Source of the DNA: an uncultured delta proteobacterium
Lineage (GTDB): Bacteria; Desulfobacterota; Desulfobacteria; Desulfobacterales; JAHEIW01
Direction of reading: 5' to 3'
Assembly: GCA_963706575.1 (NCBI GenBank)
Contig: CAVPNL010000004.1
Span: forward strand, 416,001 to 480,000
DNA: 64,000 nt
Below, piece by piece: positions 39,183-49,276 of the stretch. The position numbers were made by a program, and so were the translations under genes. The notes under the pieces are model-generated. The model searched no databases. It was not told where the DNA came from and saw only the letters and a program-made list of their open reading frames with translations. The first letter of the stretch is position 1. Each line of letters opens with the position of its first letter.

Positions 39183-39437
39183 ATGGGAGTCAGAATTAGA
39201 CTGGCAAGACACGGCGCCAAGAAAAAACCTTTTTATCGGATCGTTGTTGCCGACAGCGAAAACCCCAGGGATGGCAGGTTTCTGGAAAAAGTGGGCACAT
39301 ACGATCCCTTAAAGGATCCGGTAGAGGTATCGTTAAATCCGGATCGAATTAAATACTGGATGGAAAAAGGTGCGATTCCGTCAGATACGGTAAGAAGTCT
39401 TTTGAAAAAGGAAGGCTTTTTTGCTAACCATAACTAG
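39183..39437 (+). CDS. rpsP: 30S ribosomal protein S16
   Basis: [21 protein letters not shown]...RDGRF. Confidence 0.98.
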   Translation: MGVRIRLARHGAKKKPFYRIVVADSENPRDGRFLEKVGTYDPLKDPVEVSLNPDRIKYWMEKGAIPSDTVRSLLKKEGFFANHN

Positions 39438-39580
39438 AAGCCGTCTCAAAAATAGGATTTTGGTTCAAGATCGAGGCGGGGCCGAGCTTTATACCGGAGG
39501 CATACTGTTGTATGTTGAGGATTTAAAGCGAGGCACCAACAAAGATATTGGGCCAAAAGACATTTTTGAGGTGGGTTCCA
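39435..39580. mobile_element. MITE-like element, family A, copy 2
   Basis: Aligns by eye with 13369-13562 but is 48 bp shorter internally; decayed terminal repeats; begins at the rpsP TAG stop. Confidence 0.85.
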
Positions 39581-39633
39581 GTTTAGCCGTTCATCCCCCC
39601 TGTTTCTCAACCGGCAAAAAAGGAGATGGCGCT

Positions 39634-39864
39634 ATGAAAGATCTGATCAGCTATATTGCTCAGGCACTGGTAGATCATCCGGAAGAGGTCAGCGTTACAG
39701 AGGTTGAGGGAAATCAGACCTCGGTTCTGGAACTTAAAGTGGCCAAAGAGGATCTTGGGAAAGTCATCGGCAAACAGGGCAGAACTGCACGCGCCATGCG
39801 AACGATACTGGGCGCCGCCTCCGCTAAACTAAAAAAACGCACTGTCCTCGAAATTATTGAATAA
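39634..39864 (+). CDS. khpA: KH domain RNA-binding protein
   Basis: [23 protein letters not shown]; rpsP-khpA-rimM synteny. Confidence 0.95.
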   Translation: MKDLISYIAQALVDHPEEVSVTEVEGNQTSVLELKVAKEDLGKVIGKQGRTARAMRTILGAASAKLKKRTVLEIIE

Positions 39865-40387
39865 GTTGGCGCCAAAAAAGGACCTTGTTCTCATTGGAAA
39901 GATTGTGGGTGCCCATGGCCTTAAGGGTACCAGCAAGATTCAGTCATTTGCTGAATCCTTAGAAATTTTCAAATCGGGCACCGTCCTGCTGGTTTGCAGC
40001 CCGGAGGGCAGGGAAAACAGCTATGAAATTGACTGGGTCAAATCACATTCTCGCGGGGCGCTTTTAACCTTAAAAGAAGTAACCGGCCGTGATCAGGCAA
40101 AATCACTGATCGGATCCGAGCTCTATATTGAAAAAACAGAACTTCCAGAATTGGAAGACGGCGCCTATTACTGGTTTGATCTCATTGGCATGAACGTTTA
40201 CACATCAGATGACCGCTACATTGGACGCCTAGATTCGATTATCGAAACCGGGGCCAATGATGTGTATGTTGTTAAAGACGCTGAAAGAGAAATACTGGTT
40301 CCGGCCCTTGAATCGGTTGTGCGTTCCATCGATATCGAATCGAAAATAATGCGAGTTGAATTACCCGAAGGACTGGAAGAGGTATAA
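39857..40387 (+). CDS. rimM: Ribosome maturation factor RimM
   Basis: [27 protein letters not shown]. Confidence 0.95.
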   Translation: MNKLAPKKDLVLIGKIVGAHGLKGTSKIQSFAESLEIFKSGTVLLVCSPEGRENSYEIDWVKSHSRGALLTLKEVTGRDQAKSLIGSELYIEKTELPELEDGAYYWFDLIGMNVYTSDDRYIGRLDSIIETGANDVYVVKDAEREILVPALESVVRSIDIESKIMRVELPEGLEEV

Positions 40388-40404
40388 TTGGATGTGATTA
40401 GGGA

Positions 40405-41199
40405 ATGAAATTTGTCGTATTAACAATTTTTCCTGAAATGTTTGACCCATTTTGGGATCACGGGATTATCAGGAGAGCGATCGATCAAAAAATAATCTTC
40501 GCGTCAACCTTGAATATCAGAGATTTTGCTGAAGACAAACACCAGGTAACCGATGATCGGCCCTATGGCGGCGGCAGTGGGATGGTGATGAAGCCCGAAC
40601 CATTAGCCGGCGCGATTCGGGCGGCCAACCGCAAATGCCCTGCTGCAAAAACAATTTTACTGTCACCTCAGGGACGTGTTTTTGATCAGGCAGTAGCAAA
40701 TGAACTGGCCGGTTTTGAAGGGCTGGTTCTGGTGTGTGGACGTTACGAAGGCGTCGATGAGCGCATCAGCCACGACCTCATTGACGATGAAATTTCTATC
40801 GGAGATTATGTACTGACCGGCGGTGAACTGGCGGCCATGGTTATCATCGATGCCGTTACCCGCCAGATACCCGGCACCCTGGGGGGGGAAGACGCCGCTG
40901 AAAAAGATTCATTTTCAAACGGCTTGCTCGAACACGCGCATTACACCCGACCGCAATTTTTTGAAGGCAAAGCGGTACCGCAGATACTGTTGTCGGGACA
41001 TCACGAAGCGATTGAAAATTGGCGCCTGGAATCTGCGATGCTGCGCACCTTATTAAAGCGGCCGGATCTGTTAAAAAATAAATCGTTGAGCAAACAGGAA
41101 TTGGATATCTTAAAAAAGTGGTCGCAGCGCATTGAAGAAATAATAAAAAATTACCACAGAGAAGACAGAGCGCACAAAGAAAAAAATAATAAATCATAA
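40405..41199 (+). CDS. trmD: tRNA (guanine-N1)-methyltransferase
   Basis: [32 protein letters not shown]. Confidence 0.97.
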   Translation: MKFVVLTIFPEMFDPFWDHGIIRRAIDQKIIFASTLNIRDFAEDKHQVTDDRPYGGGSGMVMKPEPLAGAIRAANRKCPAAKTILLSPQGRVFDQAVANELAGFEGLVLVCGRYEGVDERISHDLIDDEISIGDYVLTGGELAAMVIIDAVTRQIPGTLGGEDAAEKDSFSNGLLEHAHYTRPQFFEGKAVPQILLSGHHEAIENWRLESAMLRTLLKRPDLLKNKSLSKQELDILKKWSQRIEEIIKNYHREDRAHKEKNNKS

Positions 41200-41279
41200 C
41201 AATTTCCGAAAATTATTACAGATATTCAAGTTTGAACCAACTTTCACTTCTCTGTGAACTCTGTGTTCTCTGTGGTGAA
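41151..41279. repeat. Inverted nonamer arms (ACAGAGNNC)
   Basis: TTACCACAGAGAAGACAGAGCGCACAAAGAA faces TTCTCTGTGAACTCTGTGTTCTCTGTGGTGAA. Confidence 0.8.
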
Positions 41280-41286
41280 AAAAAAC

Positions 41287-41844
41287 ATGCCGAAACTTTA
41301 TGTGGCATTGATCCATTACCCGGTGGTCAATAAAAACGGCGAAACAATTGCATCCGCCTTGACCAACCTGGATTTACACGATATATCGAGGGCCGCTAAA
41401 ACATACGGCCTGGAGGCATTTTTTGTCGTTACGCCGCTTGAAGACCAGAAAGGTCTGGTCGAAAAGATAATTTCGCATTGGACAACCGGCATTGGTGCTG
41501 AGTACAATCCCAAAAGGCGCAGCGCTCTCGAGCTTATACGTGTCTATGATTCGTTCCCGGAAGCGCTCGAACGGATCGCAGCAGCGGAAGGCAGCTATCC
41601 GATAACCATCGCAACCTGCGCGCGGAAATATCCGGCCAGCATCAGCAGCAAAAAATTGCGTGCCATGTTGACCAACGGCAAGCCGCATGTGCTGATTTTA
41701 GGGACTGCCTGGGGTTTAACTGAAGAATTTATTTCCAAGGCCGATTATGTACTCGAACCGATTGTGGGAAAAACAGACTACAACCACCTATCGGTACGCT
41801 CGGCCGCAGCAATTATATTTGATAGACTGATGGGCAAAAAATAA
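41287..41844 (+). CDS. SPOUT-class RNA methyltransferase (TrmD-associated family)
   Basis: LYVALIHYPV, TNLDLHDISR, GTAWGL, YNHLSVRSA. Confidence 0.88.
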   Translation: MPKLYVALIHYPVVNKNGETIASALTNLDLHDISRAAKTYGLEAFFVVTPLEDQKGLVEKIISHWTTGIGAEYNPKRRSALELIRVYDSFPEALERIAAAEGSYPITIATCARKYPASISSKKLRAMLTNGKPHVLILGTAWGLTEEFISKADYVLEPIVGKTDYNHLSVRSAAAIIFDRLMGKK

Positions 41845-41849
41845 GGGTC

Positions 41850-41966
41850 GTTTTATTGGTTCTATTTGTTTTATCGGTTTGATTGGTTTGACGGAAAATG
41901 AAGATTGTCTGAGGCGGCAGAGCTATTAACCAATTAAACCAATTCAACCAATCAAACTAATTAAAC
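41850..41966. repeat. Inverted nonamer arms (GTTTRATTG / AACCAATYA)
   Basis: Four to five degenerate 9-nt units on each side of a ~36-nt spacer. Confidence 0.8.
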
Positions 41967-42050
41967 ATTAATATACAATTTAGGCATCAACGAACGGGCA
42001 ATTTGCATCTCGTACCGTTGAATGATATTTAAAGAACTTTTGGAGGAACG

Positions 42051-42398
42051 ATGGAAAAGATACAGCAAATTGAAAAAGAACAAATGCGATTGGACCACCC
42101 TGATTTTGGACCGGGCGATAATGTCAAGGTCCACGTAAAAATAAGAGAAGGTGAAAAAGAACGTATCCAGGTTTTTCAGGGCGTGGTCATCAGCAAGCGC
42201 AAAGGTGGTACAAATGCGACGTTTACCGTCCGCAAGGTTTCCTACGGTGTCGGTGTAGAGCGAATTTTCCCGCTGCACTCGCCGGCTCTCGATAAAATCG
42301 AGGTGGTTACGCGGGGCCGTGTCCGGCGGGCAAAAATCTACTACCTGCGCAAACTTAGAGGAAAGGCTGCCAGGATCAAAGAACGTCGATTAACTTAA
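42051..42398 (+). CDS. rplS: 50S ribosomal protein L19
   Basis: [33 protein letters not shown]. Confidence 0.98.
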   Translation: MEKIQQIEKEQMRLDHPDFGPGDNVKVHVKIREGEKERIQVFQGVVISKRKGGTNATFTVRKVSYGVGVERIFPLHSPALDKIEVVTRGRVRRAKIYYLRKLRGKAARIKERRLT

Positions 42399-42422
42399 AA
42401 CACAAGACGGCCAATAAGGACT

Positions 42423-42486
42423 GAAGTCGGAAATCGGAAAAATGAAGATCGCACTTTCGACTTCCGCATTCCGAATTCAGAATTCC
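42423..42486. repeat. Inverted heptamer arms
   Basis: GAAGTCG GAAATCG GAAA faces TTTCGAC TTCCGCA TTCCGAA TTCAGAA TTCC. Confidence 0.7.
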
Positions 42487-42489
42487 AAG

Positions 42490-43092
42490 ATGGATTTGTG
42501 GTTTTTCGAAAAAAAAGCCACTGAAAAAGGTTATAAAGAGATTGCCGGTATTGACGAGGCCGGCCGGGGTCCTCTGGCCGGTCCTGTTGTTTCTGCGGCT
42601 GTAATCCTACCGCCCGCTTTCTCGGTCGCCGATGTCACCGATTCTAAAAAACTGTCTGCTAAAAAACGTGTTCGGCTGTATCAAGAAATTTATTCGCATG
42701 CAGTTTCGGTGGGCATCGGTATCGTTGATCCGGTTGAAATCGACCGTATCAATATCCTGCAGGCTTCATTACTGGCCATGTCCATGGCGACGAATAATTT
42801 ACGGCCCCAGCCCGAGTGCCTGCTAATCGACGGGCCATTTCGGATTCCATCCCATCTACCTCAGAAACCCATCGCCAAAGGAGACACGTTGAGTGTTTCC
42901 ATCGCCGCTGCATCGATTGTGGCCAAGGTCACCCGTGACCGGCTGATGGAAAGGTATAGCGAATACTATCCGCAATTCGGTTTTTCCCAGCACAAAGGGT
43001 ACCCGACCCGGGCCCATAAGGAAGCCATCCGTAAATTTGGATATTGTCCGATTCATAGACGGAGTTTCAAAGGCGTCAAAGAATACCTCTGA
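42490..43092 (+). CDS. rnhB: Ribonuclease HII
   Basis: GIDEAGRGPLAGPV, DSKKL, AASIVAKVTRD, HKGYPT. Confidence 0.97.
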   Translation: MDLWFFEKKATEKGYKEIAGIDEAGRGPLAGPVVSAAVILPPAFSVADVTDSKKLSAKKRVRLYQEIYSHAVSVGIGIVDPVEIDRINILQASLLAMSMATNNLRPQPECLLIDGPFRIPSHLPQKPIAKGDTLSVSIAAASIVAKVTRDRLMERYSEYYPQFGFSQHKGYPTRAHKEAIRKFGYCPIHRRSFKGVKEYL

Positions 43093-43234
43093 ATTACTTT
43101 AAAATACCCATCTATCGGCCGAGGGTGGTGTTGCTCGTCACCGAAAGCGGCTAACGTACTACAAGTACGCGGCGCCGTTTTCGCCTCCTCCCGCCTAACC
43201 CTCGACCAATATCTGTGCATTTTAAAGCAATTCA
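43090..43234. mobile_element. MITE-like element, family B
   Basis: Terminal inverted repeats TGAATTACTTTAAAATAC / GCATTTTAAAGCAATTCA, inner arms and a central CGTACTACAAGTACG hairpin; begins at the rnhB TGA stop. Confidence 0.7.
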
Positions 43235-43345
43235 AACTATTTGTTAAATTATAAATTTCATTTGATACGCCATATGATATAGGTGTAAATTAAGTTAGGT
43301 AATCACAATCAAAATCCTTACAACTAAAACACAAAATATCTGAAA

Positions 43346-43717
43346 ATGGGAAATCGACGACAAAAATTTGGTGAGAAAGGAGAAGCGCTTGCGGTTCAAC
43401 GGTTGAAAAAAGCGGGTTATAAAATCATTAAAACCAATTATCGCACCCAACTGGGTGAAATCGACATTATTGCGAAAGAAAAAGATACCATCGTTTTTGT
43501 AGAGGTAAAATCCAGACGCTCGGTCCAATTCGGCAATCCCAAGCAGGCAGTAACGCTTCAAAAACAGAAAAAAATATCAATGGTTGCCCTTTATTATCTG
43601 AAGGCCACCAACCAGAGCACCGCCAAAGCCAGATTTGATGTCGTGACCGTAATTTCAAATCGGGACACGCCTCAGGTTGAAATCATTAAGAATGCCTTTG
43701 AACTCGCCTATGTCTGA
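43346..43717 (+). CDS. yraN: YraN family (UPF0102) putative nuclease
   Basis: GEKGE, GEIDII, VFVEVK, RFDVV. Confidence 0.95.
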   Translation: MGNRRQKFGEKGEALAVQRLKKAGYKIIKTNYRTQLGEIDIIAKEKDTIVFVEVKSRRSVQFGNPKQAVTLQKQKKISMVALYYLKATNQSTAKARFDVVTVISNRDTPQVEIIKNAFELAYV

Positions 43718-44582
43718 TCCGACCAAAACGGAAACATTCGGAGTGCTCTATGTGGTGGCCACCCCCATTGGCAACCGGGAGGACATCACCTTGAGGGCGC
43801 TTGATATTCTAAGGGCAGTCGATCTGATTGCCGCCGAAGATACCCGCAAATCCGGCAGCCTTCTGGCCCACTACCAGATTAAAAATCGCCTGATTTCATT
43901 CCATGAGCATAACGAAAACAAGCGAACCCCGGAACTGGTCGGCAAACTTTTAGGCGGAATGACCATCGCGCTGGTATCCAATGCCGGCACACCATTGGTT
44001 TCCGATCCCGGCTATCGTTTGATAGAAGCTGCCATTGCGAATAAAATCACGGTGACCCCGATTCCCGGGGTAACCGCCGCCACAGCTGCCATGAGCGTTT
44101 CCGGGCTGCCCACCGATTCCTTTGTGTTTGTTGGATTTGCCCTTAAAAAAAAGGCAAAACGGCTGAAATTCCTTACTGAACTGAGTGGTGAGCCCCGGCC
44201 GCTGATTTTCTATGAATCTCCCAAACGAATTCTATCTCTAATGGAAGAAATTATCTCCTGTATGGGCGATCGCAATGCAATGCTGGCCCGGGAAATGACC
44301 AAACTGCATGAAGAATTTGTAAGGGGAACCCTGTCGCAAATCTTAAAAACCGTCAGGGCCCGGTCGGTCTTTAAAGGGGAATGCACCCTTCTGGTTGCGG
44401 GCGGCAAAACCTCAGAGCAGATTGACGCTGAAATGGTTAAAGCCGAGATAAAAGCAGCATTACAAAATGATCAAAAGGGTCTCTCCCAAATTGCCCGGAC
44501 CATTGCCAAAAAATATGGCCTTCCGAAAAATGAGATCTATGATCTTGCATTAAAAATCAGAGGTCAGAAGTCAGAGGAGTGA
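43710..44582 (+). CDS. rsmI: 16S rRNA (cytidine-2'-O)-methyltransferase
   Basis: LYVVATPIGN, AEDTR, AGTPLVSDPG, REMTKLHEE. Confidence 0.96.
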   Translation: MSDPTKTETFGVLYVVATPIGNREDITLRALDILRAVDLIAAEDTRKSGSLLAHYQIKNRLISFHEHNENKRTPELVGKLLGGMTIALVSNAGTPLVSDPGYRLIEAAIANKITVTPIPGVTAATAAMSVSGLPTDSFVFVGFALKKKAKRLKFLTELSGEPRPLIFYESPKRILSLMEEIISCMGDRNAMLAREMTKLHEEFVRGTLSQILKTVRARSVFKGECTLLVAGGKTSEQIDAEMVKAEIKAALQNDQKGLSQIARTIAKKYGLPKNEIYDLALKIRGQKSEE

Positions 44583-44860
44583 TGACAGAGGACAGATCCA
44601 AGTGATTGCGGATTTCAGATTGCGGATTGCGGATTGTGGGGGATAGACGGAAATATGGCATTTTATCCGGCATCTTGGCATAAATTAAATCAGATAAATC
44701 GAAGGTCGCATTATGCTTTTTTATACATTACTCCAGCACTCCAATTCAGCCGCCGTTGCCAAAGGCTACTATGGCGAAGTCGTTTAAGCTATTACTTCAG
44801 AATTAAAGATATTTAATAATTATGGTCCCAATCCAAAATCCGCAATCCGCAATCCGCAAT
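44557..44860. repeat. Composite heptamer/octamer element with inverted GATTGCG / CGCAATC arms
   Basis: TCAGAGG units at 44557-44598; GATTGCG-type x5 at 44604-44638; ATTACTCC AGCACTCC near 44727; CGCAATC-type x5 at 44827-44860. Confidence 0.85.
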
Positions 44861-45421
44861 AAGGTCATTTACCCTGTAATCTTAGCGGTACCGGATGCGA
44901 TTAAGGCGCTAACGCCGAAGGAACGCGTCAAATTCCTCAGCCGACATGCCCGGCGTGCCCTCGAGATGTCTGCTGAAAAAAGCCGCATTCGCCTCGACGC
45001 GCTTGCACAGGATGAACGCAACGCCCCCCTGCCTTTCAACGGTACGTACTGGTCGATTACCCACAAAAATGAATATGTCGGCGGGGTGGTCTGCCCGTCG
45101 CCGACCGGCATTGATATTGAAAAAATCTGCCCGCGCGCAAAATCTCTGTTTCGAAAAACCGCTGATGAAGCCGAATGGGCATTGGCCGATAAGACGTTCA
45201 CGACGTTTTTCCGCTACTGGACGGCAAAAGAAGCGGTATTGAAGACTGCCGGTATCGGCCTGAGAGACCTTTCAAAATGCCGGATTCGCAGGGTCCGGGA
45301 CCCGCACCATCTCGATCTGGCATACGATGGTAACAATTGGCGGATCGAGCACCATTTCTTTAACAACCATATTGCATCCATTGTTAAAAACGACTTTTTG
45401 ATCGAATGGACAGTTGCATAA
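44822..45421 (+). CDS. 4'-phosphopantetheinyl transferase (Sfp-like)
   Basis: WSITH, GIDIE, WTAKEAVLK motifs; start uncertain because the N-terminus is repeat-derived. Confidence 0.85.
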   Translation: MVPIQNPQSAIRNKVIYPVILAVPDAIKALTPKERVKFLSRHARRALEMSAEKSRIRLDALAQDERNAPLPFNGTYWSITHKNEYVGGVVCPSPTGIDIEKICPRAKSLFRKTADEAEWALADKTFTTFFRYWTAKEAVLKTAGIGLRDLSKCRIRRVRDPHHLDLAYDGNNWRIEHHFFNNHIASIVKNDFLIEWTVA

Positions 45422-45644
45422 GGCCGCAACAAATAATTAGAACCCATATCACAACTGGCAGAGACATCACTTACCTCTAAGACCTTATCAATCAACACTA
45501 TAACCAATTGAAATAATATGATATATAAAACTTAATCCATTTCAGCCAAGATGGAATTTTTTTGACTTTTGGCCGGTGATGAGCTATAAATTTATAAGAT
45601 GCATTTTAACCTGAGGGTCTTCCCCCAGGTTAAGGGAGGATAAA

Positions 45645-46769
45645 ATGGAAGTTCTGGGTATTGATATCGGTTTCGGATTCACAAAAGCCACCAACGGCAA
45701 AGAAACCAAGATTTTTAAGTCGATATTTGGTGACGCGGCCGAAATCCAGTTTTGGGCGGATTTCGGTGAAAGCGCCAGCACAGATCACATTCATGTCACC
45801 ATTGATGGCAAATCTTATTTTGTCGGCGACCTTGCCGAACAACAGTCGAGTGTTTTGAATTTCACTCTGGACCAGGAGCGACTGATTGCCGATTATGTCA
45901 GAATTCTGGCCTTAACGGTTGCGGGACTTTTCTTTAATAATAGTACCCCCATCAATGTGCCCATCAACGTCGTCTCCGGATTGCCCATTGGTTATTTTAA
46001 ACAAAATCATGAACGCTTTAATGAAATTTTAACCGGTCATCACAGCGTGACCTATCACTCCCATAACGGCGGCAAGCATACCCGGGAAATTTATATCAAC
46101 AAGGTCCGCATGTTGCCTCAACCTTTGGGCAGCATTTTAAATCAGTTGATGGATAATGAAGGTAAAATAACAAATGAAGAGCTGGCCACCCAGAAGGTGG
46201 GCGTGGTCGATATCGGGTTTCGCACCACCGATTTCACGATCCTCGATCATCTGCGCTATATTGATCGCGGCAGCCGTACCGCTGATACCGGTATTTCAAA
46301 GGGATTCAGTGTGATTTCAAATAAGCTGAGAGAAAAATGCGGTGTCAGTGTCGAGCTTTACCGCTTATACAAAGCCGCTGAGGAAGGCACCATAAAGATG
46401 CGGGGACATGGTTTCTCTTTTGAAAAAATCAGGGATCAGGTCTATTCCCAGCTGGCTTCAACCATCGCCAACGATCTTGACCGACTCTGGGCCGATGACT
46501 GGGATATCGATACCATCATCCTTACCGGTGGGGGCTGCCGGGAGCTGGCCAAGTATCTTCACCCGCTCATTACCGGAAACGTCATACCGATTGATTCAAA
46601 TACCGACCCGCGTCTCAACAATGTCCTTGGCTATGCCAAGTACGGCAGGTATATCTGGGGAGAAGCGTCTAACGAAAATCCGGCTGCAAAATCAGCCGGT
46701 GAGCCGAATCCCGAACCGGCATCTGAAGAAATCGAAACCATCGATGAGAATGAATTATCCCAGGTCTAA
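45645..46769 (+). CDS. ParM/StbA-family actin-like ATPase
   Basis: GIDIGFGFTK (phosphate 1), SGLP, LPQP, VVDIGFRTTD (phosphate 2), LTGGG (adenosine). Confidence 0.88.
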   Translation: MEVLGIDIGFGFTKATNGKETKIFKSIFGDAAEIQFWADFGESASTDHIHVTIDGKSYFVGDLAEQQSSVLNFTLDQERLIADYVRILALTVAGLFFNNSTPINVPINVVSGLPIGYFKQNHERFNEILTGHHSVTYHSHNGGKHTREIYINKVRMLPQPLGSILNQLMDNEGKITNEELATQKVGVVDIGFRTTDFTILDHLRYIDRGSRTADTGISKGFSVISNKLREKCGVSVELYRLYKAAEEGTIKMRGHGFSFEKIRDQVYSQLASTIANDLDRLWADDWDIDTIILTGGGCRELAKYLHPLITGNVIPIDSNTDPRLNNVLGYAKYGRYIWGEASNENPAAKSAGEPNPEPASEEIETIDENELSQV

Positions 46770-46788
46770 CCCACCTAAAATTTTGAGA

Positions 46789-47478
46789 TTACATCTTTAG
46801 ACCGAAATTTTTCAGGGTTTGTTTCAATGGCCGGCCGAACAAAAAATCAAGCATTTCCACGTCCAGTCCGCCCCGGGATACAACCAGTTTCCGAATTTCA
46901 ATATCAAATTGAATGATTTCCGCAAGTTTCTGCCGGGCTTCACCCCCTTTGCCGCTGTTTATCGCGTGCACCAGTTTCTGAATGGTTTCGTAATTGCAGC
47001 GCGCCTGATGGTCTTTTATTATGCCCCACAGCCCTTCGATATCAGCGATTAGGTCTTTGCGCTTGAGGCGCTTTCGGGCATACAGCTCTTCAAGCGCTTC
47101 GGTATCCCAGCATTTGAGTGCGCGACATTCAATCGGCCGGTTTTCATAGATGGTGCAGGCGTTTTGTTTTTCATCAAAGAGAATACAAGTCCAGCTCTCA
47201 CCTTTGCCTTTTAACTTTATAACATCGGAACTGACCGGCTCCAGACACTGTCTGACGTTGTCATATGCCATTTCACCCTTGCGGATGGTATAAAGATATT
47301 TTGAATGGATCACGCCCTTTTCAATCAGCGCTTTATCGGCGCGGTGAAATGACGGTCCGCCCTTCTTACAGCAGGTGCCGCAGCGACGGCATTCTGAAAT
47401 GGGCTCTTCCTTCCCGGCTTCAGCCGTCCCTTTGGATTCATTTTTTTTATTTTGTGAATCTGAGTTCATAGTGAACAT
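46789..47478 (-). CDS. YkgJ-family cysteine cluster (CxxCxxCC) protein
   Basis: CRRCGTCC, CILFD...CTIYENRPIECR. Confidence 0.88.
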   Translation of the reverse strand: MFTMNSDSQNKKNESKGTAEAGKEEPISECRRCGTCCKKGGPSFHRADKALIEKGVIHSKYLYTIRKGEMAYDNVRQCLEPVSSDVIKLKGKGESWTCILFDEKQNACTIYENRPIECRALKCWDTEALEELYARKRLKRKDLIADIEGLWGIIKDHQARCNYETIQKLVHAINSGKGGEARQKLAEIIQFDIEIRKLVVSRGGLDVEMLDFLFGRPLKQTLKNFGLKM

Positions 47479-47608
47479 ATATCAAAGCAGGCACGAATTC
47501 ACAATTTCATTCGGAAAGCATAAAAAGGGTATTTGATTAACCAAAGGATTTGCATTATCATATTGATGAATTCGTTTAAAGATTTAACCTCATGGTTTCC
47601 AAATTATC

Positions 47609-48190
47609 ATGCCGCGACCCCATCAGAAAATAAAAAACTTGATCCTGCATGTCGAACAGCTCAAGGATAAGGAATTTCATCATGAATTTGAAGAAAGTCC
47701 ACAGGTCTTTCCAATAATCAACGAAATGGAAAAAAAACAGGAGTGCGAATTCCTCAAGCCTCTAAACATCCGTTTAAAGGCATTTAGAGTGAGAGAGCTT
47801 TATGAGGTGCAGGGAACACTGCAGACCAGCATTCGCCTACCCTGCAGCCGCTGTCTGAAAGACTTTGATACTCCATTGGCATCCGACTTCGAGTTAACCT
47901 ACACCAAAGAAATGCCGGGTCTTATGGATATTTTCGATGAGGAAGAGATCGAGGTAAGGGTTGAGGAAATCGGAATGATCTATTTCAAAGGGGAAGAGAT
48001 CAATCTTCAGCAGGGGATCCAGGAACAGGTTGTGATGGCATTTCCCTTGCAGCCATTATGCGATGAAAACTGCAAGGGCCTTTGCCCGAATTGCGGGTCG
48101 GATCTCAACCAGGGAGATTGCGGATGTAAGCGGGAGCCCGGCTCTAATAAATTTGCGGTTCTAAAAAATTTAAAGCTGGATAAACCTTAA
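47609..48190 (+). CDS. yceD: YceD/DUF177 family protein
   Basis: CSRCL and PLCDENCKGLCPNCGSDLN motifs. Confidence 0.9.
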   Translation: MPRPHQKIKNLILHVEQLKDKEFHHEFEESPQVFPIINEMEKKQECEFLKPLNIRLKAFRVRELYEVQGTLQTSIRLPCSRCLKDFDTPLASDFELTYTKEMPGLMDIFDEEEIEVRVEEIGMIYFKGEEINLQQGIQEQVVMAFPLQPLCDENCKGLCPNCGSDLNQGDCGCKREPGSNKFAVLKNLKLDKP

Positions 48191-48230
48191 AGCCTGGCAC
48201 ATGCGAGCTGCAGCCAAACTGAATTTATTT

Positions 48231-48306
48231 ACCACGAAAGCGAAAACACGAAAAGATAAAAACATATATTTAATTTCGTGGTTCCCTAATTTCGTGGTTT
48301 CGTGGT
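48231..48306. repeat. Inverted octamer arms (CCACGAAA / TTTCGTGG)
   Basis: ACCACGAAAGCGAAAACACGAAA faces TTTCGTGG...TTTCGTGGTTTCGTGGT. Confidence 0.75.
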
Positions 48307-48379
48307 TATATTTTCAATTTCACAAGCGTATACAAATATTTCATCCTTAGGGCACTAAACAATTTTTCATTAACATCGC

Positions 48380-49276
48380 ATGGCTGATACCCAAAAATAT
48401 TCAAGGAAAATCCTGCGTCATCCGGGCAGATTTATGTGGCGGGTGCTGAAAGGATTTAAACGCAATCAGGGTTTACTTCTTTCCGGAGGCGTTGCCTACA
48501 ATTCCCTGTTGTCTATTATCCCCATGCTGGCCCTGATTTTAATCGGTCTTTCCCAATTTATTGAGCAGGAAAAATTATTAGAAATCATCATAAGGGAGCT
48601 GGAATTAATTGTCCCCGGTCATGCGGAAAAAATAGCGGTTGAAGTGGTGGCCTTTCTGCAATATCGCCAGTTTGTCGGCATTATCGGTATCGGCGTCATG
48701 CTGTTTTTCAGCTCCATGGCCTTTACCATGCTGGAAAACGCCATGGCGGTCATCTTTTACCACCGTATCAAAACCCACCGGCGCCATTTTCTGATCTCCG
48801 CAATCATCCCCTATGTCTACATGATTTTAATGGGGGTCGGCATTGTGATCGTAACGGTCATTGCCGGTGTGCTGGACGCGATCGAAGGCGAAACCCTGAC
48901 CATCTTCGGCAAAAGCTTTGGTCTCGCATGGGCTTCCGGGATCGGGCTTTACCTGGTGGGGATCGCAGGCTTGATATTAATGCTGACGTCTTTGTATCTC
49001 GTCATGCCGGTCGGACAAATCACCATTCGCCATGCGCTTCTGGGCGGGACCACCGCCGCTATTCTGTGGGAGATCACCCGGCATGTGCTGGTCTGGTATT
49101 TCGCAAAACTTTCCCTGGTCAGTATCATATACGGTTCCTTTGCAACTGCCGTAGTGGTGCTGCTCAGTATTGAAATCGCCTCGATTATCTTCCTTTTAGG
49201 CGCCCAGGTGATCGCCGAATTTGAACGCGCCACCGAAGAGTTGGCCGAAAAAGAAAACGCAAAACTTCAAACATAA
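48380..49276 (+). CDS. YihY/virulence factor BrkB family membrane protein
   Basis: VAYNSLLSIIP, YGSF, LLGAQV; about 6 TM segments. Confidence 0.9.
   Translation: MADTQKYSRKILRHPGRFMWRVLKGFKRNQGLLLSGGVAYNSLLSIIPMLALILIGLSQFIEQEKLLEIIIRELELIVPGHAEKIAVEVVAFLQYRQFVGIIGIGVMLFFSSMAFTMLENAMAVIFYHRIKTHRRHFLISAIIPYVYMILMGVGIVIVTVIAGVLDAIEGETLTIFGKSFGLAWASGIGLYLVGIAGLILMLTSLYLVMPVGQITIRHALLGGTTAAILWEITRHVLVWYFAKLSLVSIIYGSFATAVVVLLSIEIASIIFLLGAQVIAEFERATEELAEKENAKLQT

Noticed and set aside
45421..45644. parC-like centromere upstream of the ParM-like gene
   Set aside because: AT-rich, but no regular iteron array could be identified.
47609..48380. Expected rpmF (L32) downstream of yceD
   Set aside because: No L32-like ORF seen; separation of these genes is an ordinary rearrangement.
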